Source of the DNA: Marsupella aquatica
Lineage: Eukaryota > Plantae > Marchantiophyta
NCBI GenBank assembly: GCA_973895155.1
Contig: OZ316893.1
Span: 5,160,171-5,224,170, forward strand
DNA: 64,000 bases
Reading direction: 5' to 3'
Part shown: positions 50,868 to 63,609 of the stretch, in pieces
How positions within the stretch are numbered: position 1 is the stretch's first letter
How the letters are laid out: the number at the start of each line of letters is the position of its first letter
The notes under the pieces: generated by a model
What the model saw: the letters and a program-made list of their open reading frames with translations, nothing else
What the model was told of the DNA's origin: nothing
The model's database searches: none
Translations under genes and position numbers: made by a program

Positions 50868-53800
50868 TGTAGAGGTTAACTCAGTCTTGGGTTGAACTAT
50901 GGTTAGTATGTTAACTAGGGTTAGAGTAAACCCTAGTTGAAGAGATTGGTCCTTATCTCTTCAACTTCTATGTGGTGTGAGAACACACAAGAGAGTTCTC
51001 AAGAGAGAACACAGTGATATAGCAAGAGATGAGAGCTTGAAGAGATGAGAGCTATGGTGATGCTTGAGTAGACACATAACCGTTAATAAAGCTTGGTCTT
51101 CCCGTGGACGTAGCCAACCTTGAGGCGAACCATGTAACTATTGAGCACGTTTATGTTTGGAGTATTTTTCCTGATCGGATTTCTCCCCACAATTGGTATT
51201 AGAGCTCAGATTTTTTCAGTTGATTAGGAACTCCATAGAACTTGCTTCAAGCGAAGCGAACAGCGGATGATTTCCTCTTCGAAGCGGAGCTATTGGAAGA
51301 AGATCGGACTCAATCTTCTCACAAGTGTGGAGCACACAACCAGGGGCTCATTTAAGTGAAGCAATGCAGGCCTGAGGTCAAAAACGGAAACAATTGTAAG
51401 TGACGGTTTCAATTTATGTTATCGGGCAAGAGATAAGGTCAATTTCTCAGATCATTCTTTTTGATTATTCTATCGGGACTTGAAACTGAGATACGCTTGA
51501 GCGCCTTGTCTTTCTAGACATTTTGATATCAACATCATTGAATTCCGTCAAACGGTTGAGAAACAATCTTAATTTCAATTCTCGTTTTTTGAGCTCAAAA
51601 TTTTGGCTATGGCGGATAACTTAATATCAGTCACTTTCACCAAATTGTTTCTCCCTCATTACTCCGTTTTGCGAGTCCTTTATATTGATCTTGATGCCCT
51701 CAAAGTCTAGTTTCTGGATCTGAAATCAGAATTGGATTTTGTCAAAAACTAATACGGGAATTTGAGTGAATCCACCGAGGTGTATTTTTTGCTGCGAGTA
51801 GTCGCGACTTGCGCGGGCGCACGAGGAGGTCGAAAAGTTTGAGGAGGCCTTTCTAGGGCTCGGGCAGGGGAAAGTGCCCCCTGTGAAGTCCCCCACAGGG
51901 GCTGTACAAGGGCGGACGGAATTTCCCAAAAAGATTCTTTTCCAGAGGCTTAAATTTTTACCGAAGGTCAAAGATTCCGAGTGGCAAACAAAATCGGATC
52001 AACTTCAACTTTTGGAGATGAGTACTTGGGGAAGCTAGGCAAGTATTGGTGCGTTTGATTTTGAAAAATTATACTAGTGGAATCTTTGGCATAATAGATT
52101 CCCTCGAAGGGTAATTATTTAATCGTTTACCCCCCTCCGGTTGGAGTAAAATTCTCGACACTCGAGAGTCCATTTGACAAATCATTTTCAGAATTTGGAG
52201 CGTTACCTTGTGGGCTACACACAAGAGTGATCAGTTTCAAAATTCACCAACTTTCATTTTTGGCTTTATTTTCACACCCCGCATCTGAGCATTCGACATT
52301 TATTTCTTGTCGGAAGGTGACTCCACACTACATTCGGCATTCCAACGATGGTGACTACTAGGATTGGAGGTCAAAGGTTTGAGGTGGAAAAATTTGATGG
52401 TCGGATGGACTATACAATGTGGGAACGTAACGTGAGGGATGCACTTAGGGCAATGGGCCTAGGCAAGGTACTAAGATCTCAACCCAAGGAGATGGAAGAT
52501 GATGATTGGCATGATCTCCAGGATCAAGCGGTAAGCATTGTTGGGATGTACCTAAAAAACAATGTGAAGAAGCAGTTCAAGGAAAAATCAACACAAACGG
52601 TGACGGACTTGTTTCAAGCATTACGCAACAAGTACTACAAGAAGGAGATGTTCAAACTGAATGTATGCAAGCCTAAAGCTCATGCAATTCAAAATGGCTG
52701 ATGGAGTCAAGATTCAAGATCATATCGATCAGTCAATGATCTTATGGTTGACCTAGAGAATTTGGGGGAGTATTTGAGTGAAGAAAAGAAAGCCTTACAA
52801 CTCTTGAGCTTACTACCACCTTCGTACCAATCTTTGTCTCGAGTTCTTCTATTCCGTGATAAGACAACTATATCCTACAATGATGTGGTGAGTGCCCTGT
52901 TGACCGATGACATGCAGTCTAAGCTGGTTTCTTCAGCTCATCCTACCTCAACCTCATCATCAACAACACTGTTGGTAGAAAGAGGCAAAATAAGGGAGCC
53001 ATCTCATGAAAATAAAAGGTTTAACCCACTTCCCATGGAGCAAGGAAGGTTCCACAACCGATCCTTTGGTAGGAGGTTTAGATCCAGATCTAGATCTCGA
53101 TCCAAATCACCATCCAGGTCTACTCGTGAGATAAAGTGTTAGAAGTGTGACAAAGTGGGCCACATGAAGAAGGATTGTCGCGTCAAAGACACATTCAAGG
53201 AAGTTGCCGGTTCTTCAGCCCAAGTAGTTGTTCGAGAAGAGGATAGTGAAGGATTTGCATTGTGTACCACTTCCCAAGTTGAGGATTGTCAATGGATCTT
53301 GGATTTCGCTTGCTCGTATCACATGTGTTATATGCGTGAACTTTTATCATCTTACACTCCTATCAATGGATCTGTTTTGATGGGAAATAATCATTCTTAC
53401 AAAGTTTTAGGGATTGGATCCGTAAAGATTCAACTACCCGATGGCAAGTACTGTACTCTATCAAATGTCAGACACATTCCAAAAATGTGTAAGAATTTGA
53501 TTTCTCTTGGCTACTTGGATGCGAAGGGTTATCAATGGAGTGCAACTGATGGGGTGTTAACAGTCACGCACGGATCAAATGAAGTTCTTATTGGCAAGAG
53601 GAAAAGAAACATCTATGTCTTGGAAGGCACCACCCTTCTTGCCGAAGTCAATTTGGTCACATCTCAGGAGGAGAAAATCAATTTATGGCATGCTCGGCTT
53701 GGTCACATGAGTGAAAAAAGTTTGGAAATCATATACAAGCGACATCTCCTACCAGGATTGCAAGCATGCAAGTTGAGTTTTTGTGATCATTGCATGGTCG

Positions 53801-56800
53801 GTAAGAAAACAAGAACTCCATTTCCGACTGTCATTCATCATTCTAAAGCTGTACTATATTCATTCCGATGTGTGGGGTCCTGCTCTGGTTTCGTCACATT
53901 CAGGCAAACAATACTATGTATCGTTTATCAATGATTACTCAAGGTTTGTTTGGATTTACTTCATTGCCCATAAGTTTGAAGTGCTTTCCATCTTCAAACA
54001 ATGGGTAGCTCAAGTTGAGACACAGACTGCAAAGAATGTGAGATATCTACGATCAGATAATGGTGGTGAATATATCTCTGGCGAGTTCAACATGTATTGT
54101 GCAAATAAGAGAATTACTCACCATCTCACAATTGTGTACAATCCTGAGCAAAATGGTGTTGCTGAGCGACTCAACCGCATATTGTTGGAGCGAGCAAGGA
54201 GCATGTTGAGCCACTCTAACTTGCCAAAAATCTTTTGGGCGGAAGCTGTCAACATTGCTGCTTATCTAGTAAATCTCTCTCCTAGTCGGGCAATTACTTA
54301 CAAAACCCCCTTTGAGTTATGGCACAATCGACCTGCTGATTATTCAAAGCTTAGGGTTTTTGGTTGTGAAGCATATGCACATGTTCCTAGCAACAATAGG
54401 ACTAAGCTAGATCCTAGAGCCCAAAAATGTATTTTTCTTGGTTATCAACGTGCAGTTAAAGGTTATCGGTTGTGGGATCCAGTTGATTGCAAGTTACTTG
54501 TTAGTCGGGATGTATCCTTCAATGAAGAAAAATCATTGAAGGAGGGGGAGATAGATCAATTCCCTACTACTAACAAAGAGCAATCTCCTCCTCTAGAGGA
54601 TATAAGGGGAAAAGATGTGTCAGATGAAGAATATGTTGACACTATTGTAAGGCAAAGCACACTACAATCAGATCAGCCAGAGTCTTCAGTGCGAAGAGGA
54701 ACTCGTAAACGTCAAGCCCAGGAAAGGTATGGAACTTGGCTTCCTTCTGATCATGTGGATTTGGATGAAGAATCTATTGATGCATTGGTGACAGAAGATG
54801 GAGATCCATCTCATTTCGAGAGGTCCTAGCTTCTATAGAGAAGCAACAGTGGCAGGCGACGATGCGCATGGAAATGAAATCATTTCATGATAACAAGACT
54901 TGGGAACTCACAAGTCTACCTAGTGACAAGCAGGCTGTTGACAACAAGTGGGTGTATAGGAAGAAAGATGGACCCACGGAGGATGCTGAGAAGATATTTA
55001 AGGCTCGGTTGGTAGCCAAAGGTTTTACTCAATAGAAAGGTATAGACTATAATGAGGTTTTTTCACCCATAGCAAAGTATTCAACAATACGTTTGCTATG
55101 TGCTCTTGTAGTTTTATTTGATCTGGTTTTAGATCAAATGGATGTTGTCACGACATTCTTATATGGATCGTTGGATGAGGTGATTTACATGAGGCAACCA
55201 GAGGGTTTTGTGCAAAAGGGCAAGGAAAATTTGGTATGCAGATTGCTAAAATCCTTGTATGGATTAAAGCAGAGCCTAAGGCAGTGGAACAAGCGTTTTG
55301 ATGAATTTTTGAAATCGCTTGGATTTGTGCAAAGCGTGTACGATCCATGTGTTTACATCAGGCGTGTCAACAACATAGGTTTTAAGTTTGTCATCCTTGT
55401 ACTTTATGTGGATGACATGCTCATTGCAGCACAGGATAGGGGCGAAGTTGATAAGCTTAAGGCCCAACTCAGTTATGAGTTTAAGATGAAGGATTTGGGC
55501 ACAGCCAAGAGGATCCTAGGCATGGAGATTGTCGGGGATGTTAACAAAGCCAAACTTTGGCTGACGCAAAAAAGATATGCAAATAAGGTACTCTCAAAAT
55601 TCAACATGGTAGATGCTAAGGCTGTGAGTGTTCCTTTGGCAAGGCATTTCAATATTTCTGCAGCATTTTGTCCATCGGATGCGACTGAAAAAAGTTTGAT
55701 GTCAAAGTTCCTTATGAAAGTGTTGTGGGTAGTTTAATGTATCTCATGGTATGCACCCGACCAGACATAGCTTATGCCGTTAGCAAGGTAAGCAGATACA
55801 TGGCAAATCCAGGAAAAGTTCATTGGAAAGCAGTGAAATGGATTTTGCGCTACATCAGAGGTTCCACTAAGAAGGGTTTATTGTTTGATGCAAGTTTAAA
55901 CAATATGAAAGTGCTTCAAAGTTATGTGGATGCAAACTACGCAAGTGATCTAGATAAGAGAAGATCGACAACTGGATATGTATTTACACTTGCTGGTGGA
56001 TGCATTAGTTGGAAGTCTACTCTCCAAAAGTGTGTTGCAAAGTCTACTATGGATGCCGAGTATGTAGCAGCAGTAGAAGCAGCATCAGAGACCATTTGGT
56101 TGAAAAATCTTGTCACAAAGATGGGCTTATCACAAGATTGTGTCTATCTTCATTGTGATAGTCAAAGTGCAATTTACACTGCCAAGAATCAGGTGATGGA
56201 TGGCAGGGTAAAGCACATTGATGTCCGCTATCATTTCATCCGACAGGTATTATCGAATGATGAGTTTAAGCTTGTCAAGATTGATAGAAAGCTTAATCCA
56301 GCGGATGCTTTTACCAAAGTATTAGACTCCAATAGTTTTTCAAGGCATTGTAATTATTTACAAATATTGTAAATATAGAGTTAACCAAGAAAATGTCTCT
56401 ATATGAGTACTCCATCCGATGGCTTATCGGCTATGGGTTAGTTCTAGTTAAATAACCCTTGCATTAGGGGGAGGGTCTTTTGGCCCTATTGTCTTGAACT
56501 TCCCGCGAAGGAACTTGTAAGGAAAAGACAATGTTATGAACCCTCCCAAGACGTGAGTCAAGGGGGAGTTTGTAGAGGTTAACTCAGTCTTGGGTTGAAC
56601 TACGGTTAGTATGTTAACTAGGGTTAGAGTAAACCCTAGTTGAAGAGATTGGTCCTTATCTCTTCAACTTCTATGACTGTGGTGTGAGAACACACAAGAG
56701 AGTTATCAAGAGAGAACACAGTGATATAGCAAGAGATGAGAGCTATGGTGATGCTTGAGTAGACACATAACCGTTAATAAAGCTTGGTCTTCCCGTGGAC

Positions 56801-56882
56801 GTAGCCAACCTTGAGGCGAACCACGTAACTATTGAGCACGTGTATGTTTGGAGTGTTTTTCCTGATCTGATTTCTCCCCACA
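50868..56882 (+). mobile_element. Ty1/copia LTR retrotransposon (Tork/Tnt1-like), full length, degenerate, TSD ACCAG
   Basis: LTRs 50868-51191 and 56571-56882 (about 6 substitutions plus 16-bp and 4-bp indels); TSD ACCAG at 50863-50867 and 56883-56887; PBS TGGTATTAGAGC; PPT AAGGGGGAG. Confidence 0.95.
52348..56372 (+). pseudogene. gag-pol of copia element 3
   Basis: KFDGRMDYTMW; WILDFACSYH; LWHARLGH; HSDVWGP; RSDNGGEY; YVDD; NPADAFTK; several stops and frameshifts. Confidence 0.92.
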
Positions 56883-57797
56883 ACCAGTGGAGGTGAGGAT
56901 TCCAGGGGATGGAGCCCTGATTCAGTAAGTGAGTTTGGTGAAGACTAGTGAAGGCTACCCTATTCCTTTAGTGAGTAGTGGGAGTAATTCCCAGTTTCAA
57001 ACTAGTGTAGGGCCCTTGCTTTTCATGCACTACGGATTGGATGTTAGTACCGGCGAAGGCACCGCTGGTACCGTAGTGGGCTAGGGTTTTTCACAGCGTG
57101 TGTGTGCCGCACGCTTTAGGTTAGTTTAAATCTTAGATGTTTTTGGCAGCGCTGCTAGGGTTGCCGCCGTTGTTGCCACTCCGTGAGGGGTGCTTTGGTG
57201 TTTTTTTCAGTATTTAGGGGGGAGCCCCGTAGTGAAATGGGGAGGAACTCAGTCTAGTGTTGGTGTTAGGGAAGTTAGCTCATAGCCAGAAGGGGAATTC
57301 AAGCCAGAGTAGTGAGGTAGAGGTGTAGCGCTTGCCCTAGTGAGACAGGAGTTGGGCAGACGGCAGGAGGCCGGGTTGTCCTTGCAATGTGTTACCACTT
57401 TTTGCCAAAAGATATGGATTTGGTTTGATTCCTCAAGTTTTGGTGTGGCGTTATCTTTTCCGGCTCACGATTGTGTTCTTTCCCAAGAAGTGTCTAAGGA
57501 ATACTTGCATGGATTGGTCGACCATGTGAGTAGGGGGGTGGTGACAGCACTCCACCACCGATGAGTAGGAGTGTGTGTGTGGCGTAGTCCATGGGACTTG
57601 ATCAAAAGCAGTGAGACTAGTCGGTAGACTTGATCAAAAACTACATTTCCAGGAGCAAAAATAAACATACTCATCCTACATGCAATAGAATCCTAATAGC
57701 GTCCCTCCATGTTCCCGTCATACAATAACAAACGATTTTAGTAGGAGTAAATACATATTTGTCGTGTAAATCATTTGATAAGCAGGTGACAAAATTC

Positions 57798-59294
57798 CTA
57801 ATGCAAATCGACAACTTTTTCTTCTGTTGGAACCGTTGTAGCATTGGTCCGAGCTCTCAATGGCTGATTTGGTGTATGCAAGCCAAGAATGTTGCCCTCA
57901 TTCAGGCCAGGAATAACTTGCATCAAGGCCAGCATTTCCGTAGGTGTTCGGTTTGAACGGATGAGCTCGGTGAAGAGTGTTGCTGATTGTTGAGCTCTCA
58001 ACAGAGTCAATTGAATGTCCAAATCAATTCTAGCCCTCTTCTTGTCATGTTTTCTCTGCAGCCTATCCCTCTGTCTGCTATCCTTTGCCAATAACTCTCG
58101 TGCTTCCCTTTTGTCAGCCAATTCCTGAGTTTTCCATTTATCTTTATTTTCAATGAGTTGCTGTCTGAAAACATTTTTCTCAGCTAGCTTTTCCATGTAA
58201 ACTTTTGCCAAATTCGGCTTGGACGTAGCCTGTGAAGGACCTGGCTTCCTTCCATTCCTCCTGTTGTGATTTAATTTGTCGGTAGTGGCATTACTTGGCA
58301 GAGCTGTAGGGGATCGTGAAGCCTGCCCATCTTGGGTGTAACAAAATGTGTGATCTCCGGAAGCAATCGGGTTTGCTTCCGATCTTGCCGGACATCGTTC
58401 GCTTGTGACTGTGTGGCATTCGGGACTGTCTGTGGATGTGGATTTTCGGTGGGAGTCGGCTGCGTTTCAAATTGCGAGTCCCCACCCTCTTTGCAAAAAT
58501 CTGTGGAAGACATGATAAGTCATAACCTCGTTCCTATGGGAGCACAAAGTATGTATCATGTAAGCATGCAAATAATGTGAATCCCTCATGCGTACCTGGT
58601 GCCATCGAGTCCTGCTCCTGGTCCTGCTCTGCAACTCCTTCGTAGTCATCTTGATCTTTGTCCTAGAACCTGCATTCACAAACAACTCAGTATGTCCAGG
58701 CAACCCAACAAATGTTGTGGCAGGAGGAGCCACATTTTCCCTCTCTCCATACAATGCATGCATTCTCTTGAAGTGAGGGCAAATCTTGTCTAGTTTGTCC
58801 TCCAACGTAATTCCTGCCCGAAGCTCTGCCATTGACAACCCAGCTCCTGAATCATTCTTTATGGCCAAAGCCTCCTTGTATTTCTTAACATATTGTTGGA
58901 ACCTTTTTCCCAAGTTGTCTCTCGTGGCTACAAATTTTGGGAAACCGTTGGCATGGAGATGAACCAGCATGAGCTTGAAGACAATTTTCTTGGAAGGGTG
59001 CCTTGTCCCCACAGGAACCCTACGAGAGGATCCATGGAGCATTGCAAAATTGTATGCATCTTCAAGCCAGTCCACGATCTTCCCCAAGTGATCAGCCGTG
59101 AGCTTCCGATTCACATCGGAACCAGCAAAAGGATGAGAATTGGAGGTCACCATGTCTGCTCCGTGTTGATTCACCTGAGAGTCCACGACCACTGCTGGAT
59201 CCGAAGAGACTCCCGATCCAGACAAATCTGAAAATCTAACAGCGCCCCACATCAAATTCACCATTTCTCCTCCTTCTACGCCCAACTTCGACAT
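57798..59294 (-). pseudogene. Myb/SANT-like second protein of the Harbinger/Pangu element, convergent with the transposase; intron about 58595-58501
   Basis: IVDWLEDAYNF...LGKRFQQYVKKYKEA...SGAGLS...LEDKLDKICPHFKRMHALYGERENV; acidic linker; C-terminal coiled coil; frameshifts; starts about 310 bp inside the right TIR. Confidence 0.75.
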
Positions 59295-61392
59295 GGAAAA
59301 TTAGGAATGCTCGATCTATCTTATCGCAAAGAGAGGGAAGCTTGAAATTTGAAATGTCGTGCATTTGCACCAGACACAGACAAGATGTTGTAGACTAAAG
59401 TTGGCGCAGGGGTTCAAACAGAACAGGGCGGGCTTCCCTTAACCCAGGATAAACCCAACGTCTGTGCAGGCCGCGACCCGTGTCAAACATCCCCCCCTTG
59501 TTTCTACATGACCAAAAAGTTGGTCCTGGGCGGTCTGACGGGCTGGAATATTCGGGGTCATGTGCCTGCGGCCAAGCACAGGGATGCCATGTTTGAGACG
59601 CCCTAATGGTAAGGGCCAGAAACTTTTCAGTCCTTAAGATCCAATCCTTGGAAGTCAGATGATAAAACAGAGGGACAAAAAATGACCAACAAGGGAGGCA
59701 AGACAAGGACTTTGCACCTCACACTTAGCACTTAGCACTATATCCAGTAATTTAGGGAGTGCGCAAGGCCTATTTTTTTAAGACCTCAAACATGGAAGAT
59801 AGCCCTAACTGGCATGTACAGAGTCCTCGAGAATGCAGACTCAACTTCAGAGATGCCAGGATATGAGTAAGGGAAAGTTATATGCCTGAACCCCGTCCTA
59901 TGCTAGGGCTGATGGCAATACTTGTGAAATCCTAAGGGTAAGGGCTGGAAACTTTTTGGCCATTGAGGTCCCAACCTTTGATCTGATAGTAAAACAAAAG
60001 CAGACTTTACAGGGCAGCAGATCCTGTTGACAATCTAGATCTGCTTGTTGCAGGGGGTATTGCAAATGCTGAGGGGCTTTCTTCAGGGCTGCCAAGTGTG
60101 AATTGGGCTTAAGGCTCTCATTTTTGTGGGGGTTCCTTCGTTTCTGGTGTTGAAAGGAAGTTAACTTAACGAAGATTTTAGTAACCAGGTCCATGTAAGT
60201 ATGGTCTTGAACACAAGAGATCCCTATGCAATCATCTCTCGAGGTATTTGTTAATTTCATCATCTCTTGACCGGAACTTGGTAACCATTTTCCGGAAAGC
60301 AATTTTGTAATGCAAGGGAGTCTGGCAGCGGTTGCAGCCTGAAACCTGCTCCGTGAAATGCTCAGAAAAGATTTTTGGCTGCCGCCCCGGTGCTGCCTAT
60401 TGGCTTTGACTCACTTCTGGTCATAGGGTTACAAGTTATCCTACACAAAGCACCCTCACACAAAGACTGAACTAATCTTACTCCTTAATTTCTCTGAGTG
60501 TACTTGGCTCTATGTCTTTCACCTTGTATTTATAACTGTCCCAGCCCCTTGTTTATGTCATTGGATGTTTTTGAATGTGGTCATATTATTCCTGATAACC
60601 AAACCCTGGGAAAAGGGACCGAGTTTTTGGATCCCACAACTTACTTTCTTTTTATCCCACCACTGTCTAGTTCACTTTGTTCAATAACCACAATGTTTAA
60701 CAAGATACTTAGATTGGGCACCAAGATTACCATGGACCATCTGAAACCATTATTTTTAACTCAAGTAGTAAAATTAATCTTCTTTACAACAATTTCCTTA
60801 CATTTGTGGGTGTTGAAATAGTATGGTTCGAATCATCAAAATCCTTAGGTGGTGGTTTATAACAGTGTCAATTTCCATTTACCTAATAAGTGAGAAAATA
60901 AGAGTGGTTAAGAGCTTCTTTTGAGGAGCATACACATGTTTTTTTCTCAGATGAGATCTTGACCATTGAAATTGGCCAGACCATCCAACTCTGCTTCTGT
61001 TGCAGTGTAGGCCCGTTTTGCTTTTGATTTTATTGAGACATTTGGTCTACAGTAGTGATTGTTCTGACCTTGCCAAAAATCAAAGATGTGCAGTTCCTAG
61101 TAGATTGAACATCAGAGAACATGCTCAAAACATTTGAGCTTTAAACTAAATCCAAAAGCTGCCTAAATAAATTCACAAGTCTTGCCAACCAGATCCTCAA
61201 GTCTGCCAAGAACCAATATCTTACATTTGGTCAAGGCGCTTGAACACATTTACACAGGCAGTCCTTCTCAAAAGTGAAGTGTCTGCCCAAAAGCAGACAG
61301 CAGATGTGAATTTAGTGTGTAAAGTAAGGCAGCATGTTACACATTCCATGGGGATGGGCAAAAAACCCTGGTGGTCCATTGAGGCTTTAATT

Positions 61393-61461
61393 TTTCTTTG
61401 GACCGGTAGTGATTAGATATCTCTTGGCCAATTCTCACTAATCACTACCGGTCCAAAGAAA
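61393..61461. repeat. Perfect 24-bp inverted repeat with a 21-nt loop
   Basis: TTTCTTTGGACCGGTAGTGATTAG ... CTAATCACTACCGGTCCAAAGAAA. Confidence 0.9.
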
Positions 61462-62937
61462 GGGGAGATTCAATTCCCACATAGGCAGCACTATTTTCTA
61501 GCCATGTTCAAAGAATCTCAAAACTTCTTCAAAGTTAACAGAAGTACCATGGTTTGAAAGCTATGTCCCAAGGGCATTAACACTCTTCTTGACCTTAAAT
61601 GCCCTTAATGATTTTTCACTTTGTAATTTTTAGTGCATTTATGGAAATGCACAATCAAGATTCGGGTAGACTCATTATGAAATTTTTCTTCTACTTCTAC
61701 TAAAAAGCTAGTAAAACTCAATATCTCATAGGCCTTTTAGGTGTACACCTTGTTACCAGATCAATATGGACCTTATACCCTCTCAAAACTCTAGCTACAG
61801 CCCTGGTTAGTTTGGGGGCATTATGGCCCTCAATGCTCTGTAAACAAGAGTTTACTCTTACTAACATGTCCCCAGTGTGTTAACATCTGACAAAGTGGAC
61901 TTACATGATTCAACAAGCCTTTGACTCGCCACATTTAGTGTTGCTGAAAACACTTCTAGGATACACACATGTGATCGAGCCCCAATTAGTCTCCTGTGCT
62001 GGTAAGCTCAGTCTTCACTGGCGCTTGATTTCAATGTTGCAAATCATACTTGTGAATAGTAGCAGTCCATAGCACATCTCAAAGCTTCAAAATTGATGGA
62101 TCTTTAACTTAGTAGTTAAGGTTACAGTTTATCTACAGTGGTTATGCACTGCCAAATTCATAATGCATAACTTTTTGCCATAAAGATTGGCCATATGCAA
62201 TGACCATAAGTCACCGTGTATACTAGTGGCGAAAAAAAGAAAAAAGAAAAAAGACTTTTACACAACCCCTCTCAAAAAGTTATGGCCATTTATTTTATGG
62301 CCAAAAGCCATCATTAGCAACTTTTTGAGACGCCCTAGTAGACCTCAACTCTCAGCATGGAACCTCACTTGCACTGACCGGATCGACAGCTCTCTCGCTC
62401 GTTGGATATGCCTGGCAGCAGCACATGAGTGTGATGAATCACTCTCCCTTCATGACATCATACGATGACAGTCGACTCGTCCTTGCAAGCAGCAGGCGGC
62501 TGCAAAAATTCTCTTCTGATGACCAGCAAAATCCTTAATAATTCCCTCATGTTCACTTCGAGCCCATCTCTCAGACAGCCCGCCTCTACTGCCAGGGCAT
62601 CATCTCTTCTCACCGTAACGACCTATCCATCCTTGCAAGGATATCTTGTAATTCAGGTCACAAACAGTCTCCCCATTCACAACCTTGACTTTGCGTCTGT
62701 GCATCCATCCATCTTAGACTGTGCCTGGGCTGCCACAGATTCAAGACGTCCTGTACTAGCTCAATTTGTCCGGACCTCTCTCTGTAGCTGGTTCGGGAGC
62801 TGGTTCAAAAGATATGGGTCGTTGTTCAGTTGTGAAATATGCCTTCGAAATTCTGTGTGTGACCAAATCTGGCTTACCGTTCAGTCATTTAGAGTGGCAT
62901 GTAAGGTTTTCAATCCATGTCAGTTTTTTGAGGTCAA

Positions 62938-63609
62938 TCAATTGTTGAGTACCTCATCCTTCAGGAGTGGCCTGACAACCTCCCAAGTGAAATCAGGATC
63001 ATCTCTTCCGAAGTGACCGTGAACGGCAGTTTTTTGGAACCTTCTGTTGCCCCCTCGCTTCAAATCTAGGCTGAGAATTATCATCCCGGGTCGAAAATCG
63101 AAGTTCTTCTTAATGAGCTTCAATATCTCCCCGTCTTTGATCGTTCCCGTTTGGTACGTTTCCACAAAAACCGACAGAGGCTTCGGCACACCGATGGCGT
63201 AGGACACCTGCACGAGACATCTCCTCGCTAAGCCCGCAGCCACCACACTCTTGGCCGCCTGCCGTGCAATGTAAGCCCCACTCCGATCCACCTTGGTAGG
63301 ATCCTTCCCGCTGAAAGCTCCTCCGCCGTGAGCTCCCCATCCTCCATAAGTGTCCACGATGATCTTCCGCCCGGTGAGCCCCGCGTCTCCCTTTGGTCCT
63401 CCACAGGTAAATCGCCCCGATGGGTTGAGATGGAAGATGGTTTGCTCGTCCAAGTACTTTTCGGGAATGACGGGCTTGATCACGTGCTCACGAAGATCTG
63501 AGGTGATTTTATCGTTGGTCACAGTTTCGTCGTGCTGTGTGGAGATTAGCACCGTGTGCACTCGCAAGGGCACCATTGCCCCTCCTTCGTTCTTGTACTC
63601 CAGTGTCAC
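62938..63609 (-). CDS. SAMS: S-adenosylmethionine synthetase (methionine adenosyltransferase), last coding exon; 5' part outside window
   Basis: [12 protein letters not shown]; [40 protein letters not shown]; [13 protein letters not shown]; acceptor TGCAG|GTGACA at 63610. Confidence 0.92.
   Translation of the reverse strand: MTLEYKNEGGAMVPLRVHTVLISTQHDETVTNDKITSDLREHVIKPVIPEKYLDEQTIFHLNPSGRFTCGGPKGDAGLTGRKIIVDTYGGWGAHGGGAFSGKDPTKVDRSGAYIARQAAKSVVAAGLARRCLVQVSYAIGVPKPLSVFVETYQTGTIKDGEILKLIKKNFDFRPGMIILSLDLKRGGNRRFQKTAVHGHFGRDDPDFTWEVVRPLLKDEVLNN

Larger units (their letters stand above)
49164..57636. mobile_element. Unclassified LTR-like insertion hosting copia element 3 (boundaries approximate)
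   Basis: Starts TGTGACAGGG; non-coding, with 3 x 61-bp (50511-50690) and 4 x 24-bp (50753-50848) tandem repeats; no convincing TSD. Confidence 0.4.
39694..59604 (+). mobile_element. PIF/Harbinger-superfamily (Pangu-type) DNA transposon with nested insertions
   Basis: Left TIR AGGGTGTCTCAAACATTGC (39694); right TIR GCCATGTTTGAGACGCCCT (ends 59604); AAT on both sides. The empty site GTTTCAATGGTAAGGGCC matches the neighbouring repeat copy at about 39634-39651. Contains a DDE transposase and a Myb-like gene. Confidence 0.88.

Noticed and set aside
50502-50879. Acidic and HGATVS repeat ORFs
   Set aside because: The 61-bp unit is not a multiple of 3, stops intervene, and no domain is recognisable
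57536-57724. Candidate right ends (57546, 57636, 57722) for the insertion starting at 49164
   Set aside because: None gives a matching 5-bp TSD; boundary left approximate
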